NCBI GenBank assembly: GCA_949127925.1 | Contig: CASBQX010000042.1 | Coordinates: forward strand, 1-32,648 | Reading direction: 5' to 3' | Source of the DNA: Synechococcales cyanobacterium PMM_0002 | GTDB lineage: Bacteria; Cyanobacteriota; Cyanobacteriia; Elainellales; Elainellaceae | Length of the DNA stretch: 32,648 nt | In this document: in pieces, positions 1 through 7,784 of the stretch | Position numbering within the stretch: position 1 is the first letter of the stretch | Layout: each line of letters opens with the position of its first letter | The notes under the pieces: generated by a model | The model's database searches: none | What the model was told of the DNA's origin: nothing | What the model saw: only the letters and a program-made list of their open reading frames with translations | Made by a program: the position numbers and the translations under genes

Positions 1-283
1 CAAAAAGCTGGGAAATCCGCCTAAATACGTAGAAATCCGGAAGGATTTAACTAATATTTTACATATGCTACAAACAGCTCTGTAATTTTAAGGATTTTGG
101 CGTCCTTGTGCTGTAGAAACAGATGGCCGCATTACAGATATTTGTTTTTTCATAAAGTGTGCAAAATGTACTTTATAGGCCAATAGCTAGGATATCTTGG
201 GTAGCACATTAGTACAAAGTAGATCACATTGAGCCTATCCAGCCGAAATTCATCCCCCCACCATTAATAAGGCACTTGTCGTC

Positions 284-1378
284 ATGCAGAAAGCACATGA
301 TTTGGTTTGGACTGACTGGCGATCGCAGCTTAAGCATCGAATTAGTACGGTAGAAGACCTGCGTCAGTGGATTAACGTCACACCCGACGAAGAACAAGCC
401 ATTCAAGATTCGGAAGGCAAATATCGCTGGAGCATTACGCCTTACTATGCAGCCTTGATGGACAAAGATGACCCAATGTGCCCAATTCGGCAACAGTCGG
501 TCCCTAGCGTCCAGGAATTTATCTCGTTTACCGGCTCCGATAATGACCCGGTTGGAGATACCGTTTATCGCAAAACCAATCGGGTTGTGCATAAATACCC
601 CGATCGCGTCATCTTTTTGATCACAGAAGTCTGCGCCGTCTATTGCCGCCACTGCACCCGCAAGTACCACACTACCGATTTAAGCGGCACCTACTTTGAA
701 AGCAATGAAGCGGCTTCATGGGAACAAGACTTTGAGTATATTGCCAGCCATCCCGAAATCCGCGACGTGCTGCTAACGGGCGGCGATCCGCTGACCTATT
801 CTGACGAAAAGCTAGAACTCATTATTTCTCGCCTGCGTAAGATCCCTCATGTGGAAATCATTCGAATTGGCAGCCGTTATCCGGTGCTATTGCCCCAACG
901 CATTACCCCAGAGTTTTGCGCCATGCTAGAAAAATATCATCCGATCTGGCTCAATACTCACTTCAACCATCCCAAAGAAATTACGCCCGAAGCCGCCGCA
1001 GCCTGCGATCGCCTCCTACGGCACGGGATTCCCGTTCAAAATCAAACTGTTTTGCTCAAAGGGCTAAACGACGATTTGGAAACCATGAAATCGCTGCTGA
1101 AGGGATTGCTCAAAATCCGCGTCCGGCCTTACTATCTCTACCACTGCGACAACGTCACCGGAGTTTCACACTTTGTCACCAGTATCGAAAAAGGTCGAGA
1201 AATTATGCGAGGATTGTTGGGTCACATGACTGGATTTGCCGTTCCCCAGTATATTGTCACGACCAAGCTCGGTAAAATCCCGCTATGGGAAGAGCAATTT
1301 CATCAAGATGATCAGGGCTATTGGCTAGAAAACTATAACCACGACACCATGAGAGTTGACGATCCTAATCTGATTTAG
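284..1378 (+). CDS. KamA-family radical SAM aminomutase (lysine 2,3-aminomutase-like)
   Basis: 364-aa ORF. It has the radical-SAM cluster motif CAVYCRHCTRK, LLTGGDPL, and a C-terminal YYLYHCDNVTGVSHF block typical of KamA/EpmB enzymes. The N-terminus (ITPYYAALMD) is also KamA-like. Confidence 0.85.
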   Translation: MQKAHDLVWTDWRSQLKHRISTVEDLRQWINVTPDEEQAIQDSEGKYRWSITPYYAALMDKDDPMCPIRQQSVPSVQEFISFTGSDNDPVGDTVYRKTNRVVHKYPDRVIFLITEVCAVYCRHCTRKYHTTDLSGTYFESNEAASWEQDFEYIASHPEIRDVLLTGGDPLTYSDEKLELIISRLRKIPHVEIIRIGSRYPVLLPQRITPEFCAMLEKYHPIWLNTHFNHPKEITPEAAAACDRLLRHGIPVQNQTVLLKGLNDDLETMKSLLKGLLKIRVRPYYLYHCDNVTGVSHFVTSIEKGREIMRGLLGHMTGFAVPQYIVTTKLGKIPLWEEQFHQDDQGYWLENYNHDTMRVDDPNLI

Positions 1379-1444
1379 GGGCGGCTTTAGGGGCGGATTT
1401 AGGAGCTGATTCACGAACGATACAGCACAGTTTAAGTGCATGAA

Positions 1445-1503
1445 ATACAGTTAATTTTTTCAAGTATTGCACCCAGAGCGGTTCTTGAAAAAGTTAACTG
1501 TAT
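1445..1503. repeat. 20-bp inverted repeat (19/20 match) with a 19-nt spacer, upstream of the MinD/ParA-like gene
   Basis: ATACAGTTAATTTTTTCAAG (1445-1464) pairs with CTTGAAAAAGTTAACTGTAT (1484-1503). It lies in the 171-nt spacer between the kamA-like and minD-like genes. Confidence 0.7.
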
Positions 1504-1549
1504 TCGTATTTAATGGCACCATAGACGTTGTGAGACTTAGAGGTATTGC

Positions 1550-2311
1550 ATGTCAAAAATTGTCTCCATTCACTCCTATCGAGGTGGGACTGGCAAATCT
1601 AACACAACGGCCAACGTGGCAACTACCGTCGCTCGCTATGGATATCGAGTGGGCATCGTCGATACCGACATTCAGTCTCCAGGAATTCACGTTCTATTTG
1701 GGTTTGGAGAAGATGATATCGATCGCTCGTTGAATGATTACCTGTGGGGACGGCGATCGATTGGCGAGGTGGCGCACGACGTCACCCATATCCTAGAAGG
1801 GACAGGCAACAGCCGCAGCAAGCTCTACTTAGTCCCATCCAGCGTTAAGGCAGGAGAGATTGCCCGAGTGCTGCGTGAAGGGTACGATGTGGGTCTATTG
1901 AATGAAGGGTTTCAAGAGTTAGTAGACGTACTAAAGCTCGATTACTTATTTATTGATACTCACCCTGGATTGAATGAAGAAACCTTATTGTCAATCACTA
2001 TTTCAGATATATTGGTGCTGATTTTGCGCCCCGACCAGCAAGACTATCAAGGAACGGCTGTCACGGTCGATGTTGCGCGCAAGCTAGAAGTGCCGAAGCT
2101 GCTGATGGTGATTAACAAAGCCCCCACGGTGTTTGACTTTGGGCAGCTCAAACAGAAGGTAGAGGAAATCTATGGGGCTGCGGTGGTGGGCGTCTTGCCG
2201 CACTCAGATGAAATGATGGTATTGGCCAGCAATGGGGTATTTGCCGTCAAGTTTCCTCACCATCCTCTCACCCAAGTGATTGAGGCGATCGCCAGTCAAA
2301 TCATGAACTAA
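1550..2311 (+). CDS. MinD/ParA-family P-loop ATPase (orphan, variant deviant Walker A)
   Basis: 253-aa ORF with N-terminal IHSYRGGTGKSNTTANVA (Walker A), DTD (Walker A') and FIDTHPG (Walker B-like). The size and layout fit MinD/ParA/Mrp-like ATPases. Confidence 0.8.
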   Translation: MSKIVSIHSYRGGTGKSNTTANVATTVARYGYRVGIVDTDIQSPGIHVLFGFGEDDIDRSLNDYLWGRRSIGEVAHDVTHILEGTGNSRSKLYLVPSSVKAGEIARVLREGYDVGLLNEGFQELVDVLKLDYLFIDTHPGLNEETLLSITISDILVLILRPDQQDYQGTAVTVDVARKLEVPKLLMVINKAPTVFDFGQLKQKVEEIYGAAVVGVLPHSDEMMVLASNGVFAVKFPHHPLTQVIEAIASQIMN

Positions 2312-4209
2312 CGCACGACCCACTCAGACGCCACCCATCCACCCTGTCCCAATTGCACCCATCCGCTCGAATTGCGGCCTGTTAGCTCCACCCGACTGCC
2401 ATTGGCAATGACGCCAATCACCGCACCATTTGGATTATTGCGAACATTGAGCGGACTGCCATTGGTGCGGATGGTGCCAGCGCTCACATCACTGCCAACG
2501 GCAGGCGGAGTACTGCCACTATTGCCAGGAGTAGCGGCAGGATTACTGCCTGTGCCGAGGGCTGTTCCTGCCGTTGGAACTAGCCAGACACTCGCGATCC
2601 AAGTCCCGTCAGTGCGCTCTGCCCACTCCCCAGTGCGTCGCCCGCTTAGGTCTATCCGACTGCCATTGGGCACAGAACCCACCACCGCTCCCCCAGCCGC
2701 ACTGCGGACATTCAGCGAACTGCCATTGGTGCGAATGGTCGCGGTGGTCGTGCTAGAGCCAACGTTCGGCTGAGGCTGGGTTGGCGTGGGGCTAGGACTC
2801 ACTGCCAGCCAAGCGCTAGAAACCCAAGTCCTGTCAGTCCGCTCGACCCATTCCCCACTGCGTCGTCCGGTCAAATCGACTCGACTGCCGTTGGCAACAG
2901 TCGTCACAATCGCTCCGTTCGGCGCACTGCGAACATTCAATGGATCACCGCTAGTTCTAACTGTGGCGCTGCTCCGACTGGTATTGCTGGAGCCAGAAGT
3001 GACGGTGCCAGGAGTGACGGTGCCAGGAGCGGGATTAGGATTGGTGGCGGTAGGACGAGGCTGAGCGGTCACAGGTTGGCTAGGACTAGGTCTGGGGCTG
3101 GGGCTAGGACTGGGGCTGGCGGCCTGATTGCCCGAGGACGGCGTGTAAGCGACATAGCGTTGGTCTAACCAGGTGCCGTTGCTGCGTTCTAGGTAGCCTG
3201 TATTGTCTCGACCCGTCAACTCCACGCGAGACCCGTTTGGCAAGGTGCTAATCACTTGCCCACCCGGCGCATTCCTGACATTGAGGGGGTTACCTGTGGT
3301 TCTGACATAGCCAACGGTTTGAGCCGTTCGATTGGTCGCCGCTTGACTGGGGGCTGGCTGGCTGACGGCCGTTGGGCGAGCGGCCTGAGCAGTAGCCTGA
3401 GGAGTAGTCTGAGGAGCAGGCTGAGGAGCAGCCTGAGGAGGAGCCTTGACCGGAGTTGTGGGTCGAAGCGGCTGGCTAGAAGAGGCTTGAATAGAGGTAG
3501 GTGGCGCGATCTCCTGACCAGGAACCGATGGGGAAACCGCTTTAACGGGAGCAGGCTGAACCACGCGGGGCTGATTGGCAGACACATAGCGCTTGTCTAA
3601 CCAGGTAGCATTAGTGCGCTCTAAATAACCCTGGCTTTCGCGCCCGGTTAACTCAACTCGGGTGCTGTTGGGCAAGGTGCCCACGACCTGACCACCAGGA
3701 GCGGTACGCACATTAATGCCTTCACCCGCTGTGGCAATATAGGCTACAGTCCGCTCTGCTCTACTGGAAGGCGGGCGCGTGGGCGAAGCAGAGGCCGTTG
3801 GAATGCTAGACACCGAGGCAGACGGAATGCTGGACGACTTGCGGACATCGGTGCCGCTGGTCGAAATCCATTCGGTGGCCACCCAGGTTCCGTTAGATAG
3901 CTCCAGAAAACCATCTTGGCTACGGCCAGTCAACTGAAGGCGCGACCCATCCGGCACACTACCCACTACGTCTCCATTAGGGGCGCTGCGAATATTTAAG
4001 GGATTTCCGGTGGTGCTAACGACCCCCGTGGCAGCAGCCAGCGCCGAATGCGCCACGCTGATCGCTAAAACGGCTGCAAACAGGGGTTGGATGGAAATCC
4101 AGGCAGAGCTTGGCACTGCTGAGCCTAGAGTATCGAACGACCTGATCTGAGGCATCGGTTCATTACTTTCGTAAGCGGCAGCACCATAAAGATATGCGAG
4201 AGATTCCAT
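2308..4209 (-). CDS. Membrane-anchored or secreted protein with six bacterial SH3 (SH3b) repeats and Pro/Ser/Thr/Gln-rich linkers
   Basis: 633-aa ORF with six copies of a ~50-aa unit (G.PLNVR.AP.G.V.G..PNGSR..LTGR....W.E...GTW....W). There is a hydrophobic segment near the N-terminus. The stop codon overlaps the convergent minD-like stop by 4 nt. Confidence 0.8.
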   Translation of the reverse strand: MESLAYLYGAAAYESNEPMPQIRSFDTLGSAVPSSAWISIQPLFAAVLAISVAHSALAAATGVVSTTGNPLNIRSAPNGDVVGSVPDGSRLQLTGRSQDGFLELSNGTWVATEWISTSGTDVRKSSSIPSASVSSIPTASASPTRPPSSRAERTVAYIATAGEGINVRTAPGGQVVGTLPNSTRVELTGRESQGYLERTNATWLDKRYVSANQPRVVQPAPVKAVSPSVPGQEIAPPTSIQASSSQPLRPTTPVKAPPQAAPQPAPQTTPQATAQAARPTAVSQPAPSQAATNRTAQTVGYVRTTGNPLNVRNAPGGQVISTLPNGSRVELTGRDNTGYLERSNGTWLDQRYVAYTPSSGNQAASPSPSPSPRPSPSQPVTAQPRPTATNPNPAPGTVTPGTVTSGSSNTSRSSATVRTSGDPLNVRSAPNGAIVTTVANGSRVDLTGRRSGEWVERTDRTWVSSAWLAVSPSPTPTQPQPNVGSSTTTATIRTNGSSLNVRSAAGGAVVGSVPNGSRIDLSGRRTGEWAERTDGTWIASVWLVPTAGTALGTGSNPAATPGNSGSTPPAVGSDVSAGTIRTNGSPLNVRNNPNGAVIGVIANGSRVELTGRNSSGWVQLGQGGWVASEWVVR

Positions 4210-4386
4210 AGCGATTTACCTTGTGCTTGCAGTCGAGGGGTTAACGGTAAAAAATTAGCAATAGATAAACGGACAATTTCAGTCCTAATATAGCTGATAT
4301 CATTATGCGCTTGAATTGAGAAAGCGCTCCTTTTGCAATAGCCCTAAATTTCATTAATGGTCACGATAGATCAACTATTGGCTAAT

Positions 4387-4447
4387 GGCATGGCAGTGCC
4401 ATAAATGGTAAGGGCACGGCACTGCCATGCCCTTACTGCCGTGCCCC
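4387..4447. repeat. GC-rich palindromic hairpin element (GGCATGGCAGTGCC family), nested or alternative stems
   Basis: GGCATGGCAGTGCC (4387-4400) is the reverse complement of GGCACTGCCATGCC (4418-4431). A related arm, CTGCCGTGCCCC, follows. The element lies downstream of the aspS stop. Related copies are at 8310, 29273 and 32563. Confidence 0.75.
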
Positions 4448-4537
4448 TACAGGATGTGTCGCATCCTCCCTTGTTGAATTCTCATTCCTCAATATTCCTG
4501 GCAATCGATCAGCAACGTCTACCCTTAGTTTTTGAGT

Positions 4538-6325
4538 CTATCCCTTGGGTTTTTGAACGGTGGCAATGTGCAGTTCCTTCAGCTGCTTGTCGTCAACGGC
4601 AGATGGAGCATTGGTGAGGAGGCAGCGGGCTTGCTGGGTTTTGGGGAAGGCGATCGCATCTCGAATTGAATCTTCGCCTGCTAGCAGCATCACCAAGCGG
4701 TCAATCCCGTAGGCGATACCGCCGTGAGGGGGCGTACCATACTCAAACGCCTCCAGCAAAAAGCCAAACTTATCGCGGATTTCTGCTGCCGACAGGCCAA
4801 TTAATTCAAATACCTGTTGCTGGAGTTCGGGTTGGTAAATCCGAATGCTGCCGCCCCCCGCTTCAAACCCGTTGAACACAATGTCGTGGGTCAGGGCACG
4901 GGCTGTTTTTAGATCCCCGATGTCATCGGGATGGGGTGCGGTAAACGGGTGGTGCAGCGGGTCGAGCCGTTTCTCGTCGGCATTCCACTCAAACATGGGG
5001 AAATCTACCACCCACAGCAGGTCGAGCTGGTCGGGATCAATTAGCCCTAGCTCTTTGCCGACGACTTGACGCAGCCGATCGAGGGTTTTGTTGGCCGTGT
5101 TTGTGTCGCCTGCCGCAAACAGCAACAGGTGTCCCGCCTCTGCCCCCGTCCGGCTCAGAATCTCGGCTTTTTGCTGGGCTGTCAGGTTGTCTTTGATTGC
5201 GCCAATCGTGTCAATTTCGCCGCCCTCGCGCACCCGAATGTAGGCTAGACCCCTGGCTCCTGCTGCTGCTGCCTCGTTGAACAAGTCGCCACCGGGCTTA
5301 ATCCGCACATTGGAAATCGCCTCATTGCCGCCTGGAATCGGCAGAATTTTGACGATGCCGCCTTTACTCACCGCATCGGCAAATACTTTGAACCCAGAAC
5401 CCTGCACAATGTCTGACACATTCACCAGCTCTAGGCCAAACCGGGTATCGGGCTTGTCGCTGCCGTAGCGATCCATCGCCTCGGCGTAGGTGAGGCGCGG
5501 GAACGGCCGGGGCAGGTCAACGCTTTTAATCGTTTTGATCAAGTGGCAGATTAAGCCTTCATTTAGGTCGAGAATTTCATCCTGGGTCATGAAGCTCATC
5601 TACATGTCCAACTGGGTAAATTCGGGCTGGCGATCGGCACGCAGGTCTTCATCGCGGAAGCAGCGGGCAATTTGGTAGTAGCGATCGACTCCGGCCACCA
5701 TCAAGATTTGCTTAAATAGCTGCGGCGACTGGGGCAGCGCAAAAAAATCACCGGGATGGACGCGGCTGGGTACAAGGTAGTCGCGCGCGCCTTCAGGGGT
5801 GGAACGGTTGAGGATAGGCGTTTCAACTTCGGTAAACTGGTGCTCGTCTTCTAAGTAGCGGCGCAGGGTTTTGACGACCTGGTGCCGCAGTTGCAGGTTG
5901 CGGCTCATCCGCTCTCGCCGCAGGTCTAGATAGCGATATTTGAGCCGCAGGTCTTCGCGTACGGTTTCCGTTTCGGCGGTAGACACCTGAAAGGGCAGCG
6001 GTTTGCGGACGGCGTTGAGTAGCTCAATCTGGTCGGCATAGATTTCGACTTCGCCAGTGGCTAGCTTGGGGTTGAGCGATGCGGGCGGACGCTGGGTGAC
6101 GCGCCCTGTAATGCGAACGACGTATTCGTTGCGCAGGTCGTCAGCGGCTGGGTATGAGGTAGGGGTGTGTTCTGGGTCGCTGACAATTTGGGAAATTCCG
6201 GTGCGATCGCGTAAGTCCACAAAGATGACCCCGCCATGATCTCGCCGCCGATCGACCCAACCGCAGAGGGTGACGGTTTCGCCAACGTGCTCGGCTCGAA
6301 GTTGACCGCAGTAGTGGGTGCGCAT
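4538..6325 (-). CDS. aspS: Aspartate--tRNA ligase, interrupted by one in-frame TAG (5600-5602); possible pseudogene or sequencing error
   Basis: The two track ORFs (5600..6388 and 4538..5599) are contiguous and in the same frame. The N-terminal half starts with the canonical [10 protein letters not shown] at 6325 and has an OB-fold and [18 protein letters not shown]. The C-terminal half continues MSFMTQDEI...GSDKPD...GGGSIRI...PPHGG. The junction reads QLDM-TAG-MSFM where AspRS enzymes have QxDxExSF. Confidence 0.9.
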
Positions 6326-6360
6326 GGAGGGATGAAGGATGAGGGATGAAGGATGAAAGG
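6326..6360. repeat. Heptanucleotide tandem repeat (GGATGAR on + strand; YTCATCC on the aspS sense strand), 5 units
   Basis: ggaggga tgaagga tgaggga tgaagga tgaaagg sits directly adjacent (0 nt) to the aspS ATG at 6325-6323. Confidence 0.85.
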
Positions 6361-6599
6361 TATTCACTGAGGGGCTTGAATAGGGCAATTGACCCCATCT
6401 TGTGTCTGTTGTTTACAGGCGACAGTGAAAACCTTTTCATTATCCAGCATCGCTGTCAGCAATTCCACTAAATCCAACTAAACCTACAAATGTGTAGGGC
6501 GAACGCATACGTTTCTTAACAATTGCGTGTCAGGGGTTGGAACTAGCGAAAAGAGACCATAGAATCCAGAGCAGACCTGATTGTGAGGAGTGTTCTGTG

Positions 6600-7012
6600 A
6601 TGATGGATGCCGCGATTATTCCGATCAAAGAGCACTTCAGTCCGCTTGACGATCCGCGTGCTCAGCATAGGATTGAGCATTTATGACTCAATAGTGTCTT
6701 AATCACAATTTGGGCAGTGATTTATGGAACCGATAATTAGGTCGAACTTGAAAAGTATGGCATTGCGAAACAGGAGTGGCTAGAAACCTTTTTGGAGTTG
6801 CCGAATGGGATTCCCGCTCACGACACCTTTGGGAAAAACACTGCGAGGCAGTTACGACCGGGGTGGTAGACAAGACATGATCCACATGGCAGGTGCTTGG
6901 GCGAGTGAGAATCGGCTCGTGTTAGGTCAACGAAAAGTGAACGAGAAATCTAATGAAATCACAGCAATTTCAGAACTCTTGAAAGTCCCAAATTTGAACC
7001 AAGCTGTAGCAA
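6600..7012 (+). pseudogene. Decayed ISAs1-family (H-repeat-associated) transposase remnant
   Basis: The translation gives MMDAAIIPIKEHFSPLDDPRAQHRIEHL*LNSVLITIWAVIYGTDN*VELEKYGIAKQEWLETFLELPNGIPAHDTFG. After a frame change or internal deletion it continues KTLRGSYDRGGRQDMIHMAGAWASENRLVLGQRKVNEKSNEITAISELL. These are hallmark ISAs1 transposase blocks. The remnant has two in-frame stops and a deletion, and the C-terminal catalytic part is missing. Confidence 0.7.
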
Positions 7013-7052
7013 TTAGGCGATCGCCCAATTTCGAGACTCGTATTCGCAGCCG

Positions 7053-7742
7053 TTATCGCTGCTGTGAACACCAATCTCGCAAAAGCGCGATCGCCTTTTG
7101 TAGACCGAGAGTGTCGCTGTGCTGGAGAAATTGCAAAATCTGGTTGGGGGTCAACCCTGGAAACGCGTAACTGTGTGTAGATTCCACATAGGCTTGATTG
7201 TGCAATCGATAAATTCGGATGGCTCCCTTCAATACATCGTCTCCGCCCGTGGTGATATATTGCCACAGTTCGGGGATGGCCAAACTGGCGCAAATGGCGA
7301 GTTTGTTGAGCGCACTTTTGGTCATGCTGACCTCCACCAACAGGTCTGGAATCGGCTGCTGAGGTAGCTGAATCGTAACGATTTCATCAGGATTTAGCGA
7401 TCGCTCCGCCCTGTCTGACGATTGCAAGTCTGGCGCTTGCAAGTAGTAGCAGGCGTCGGGTTGGATGCTGCACTGTAGCTCGGGGTGGATGACTAAGACG
7501 GGGGCGATCGCCTCTACTGCCATGCCAGCCTCATCTGCCAACACCAAAATTAATGACTCCAATAATTTTCGGCAGCGTTCATGCTCTGCCATCGGCGTCA
7601 TCATTTCGAGCTTGCCTCGCACATAGGTAAGACGGGCAGTGCGGTGCGGACCTAGCTCTACCAGCAGGTTTTCAAACTGCTGGTAGCTCACATCTGACAA
7701 CACCAGTCGCTGTTCTGCCGGGTGCGGAGAATTTCTAGTCAT
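7053..7742 (-). CDS. Uma2-family (DUF820) putative endonuclease
   Basis: 229-aa ORF. The pattern VSYQQFENLLVELGPHRTARLTYVRGKLEMMTPMAEHE...PDLLVEV matches the PD-(D/E)xK Uma2 family that is abundant in cyanobacteria. Recognised from memory of the family pattern. Confidence 0.6.
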   Translation of the reverse strand: MTRNSPHPAEQRLVLSDVSYQQFENLLVELGPHRTARLTYVRGKLEMMTPMAEHERCRKLLESLILVLADEAGMAVEAIAPVLVIHPELQCSIQPDACYYLQAPDLQSSDRAERSLNPDEIVTIQLPQQPIPDLLVEVSMTKSALNKLAICASLAIPELWQYITTGGDDVLKGAIRIYRLHNQAYVESTHSYAFPGLTPNQILQFLQHSDTLGLQKAIALLRDWCSQQR

Positions 7743-7784
7743 AGAGAAGCCACAGGCTGAATGGAACGGAGCGCTTGGCAGGGG

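Noticed and set aside
224-670. 148-aa minus-strand ORF overlapping the kamA-like 5' region
   Set aside because: It is antisense to a well-supported CDS, has no recognisable motif, and has an odd composition. It is a typical shadow ORF.
916-1275. 119-aa + strand ORF inside the kamA-like gene (alternative frame)
   Set aside because: The Arg/Ser-rich out-of-frame translation has no independent support.
2308-2311. 4-nt overlap of the convergent minD-like and SH3b-protein stop codons
   Set aside because: The overlap is real but probably incidental. I have no evidence that it has regulatory meaning beyond leaving no room for a terminator.
2372-3600. Several ORFs antisense or out of frame within the six-SH3b gene (2372-2773, 2574-2756, 2786-3064, 3252-3587, 3256-3600)
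   Set aside because: These are low-complexity Leu/Arg/Ser/Pro translations generated by the repetitive, GC-rich linker DNA. The SH3b frame explains the region.
5600-5602. Pyrrolysine or selenocysteine-type recoding of the aspS TAG and the TGA at 18835
   Set aside because: The aligned residues are Glu and Arg, not Pyl or Sec. The same codons act as true terminators of neighbouring genes; aspS itself ends in TAG. I see no SECIS-like or PYLIS-like context, and pyl systems are not known in cyanobacteria.
6326-6388. N-terminal extension of aspS ([21 protein letters not shown]...) in the track ORF
   Set aside because: It is a translation of the heptamer repeat. The conserved AspRS N-terminus starts at the Met at 6325.
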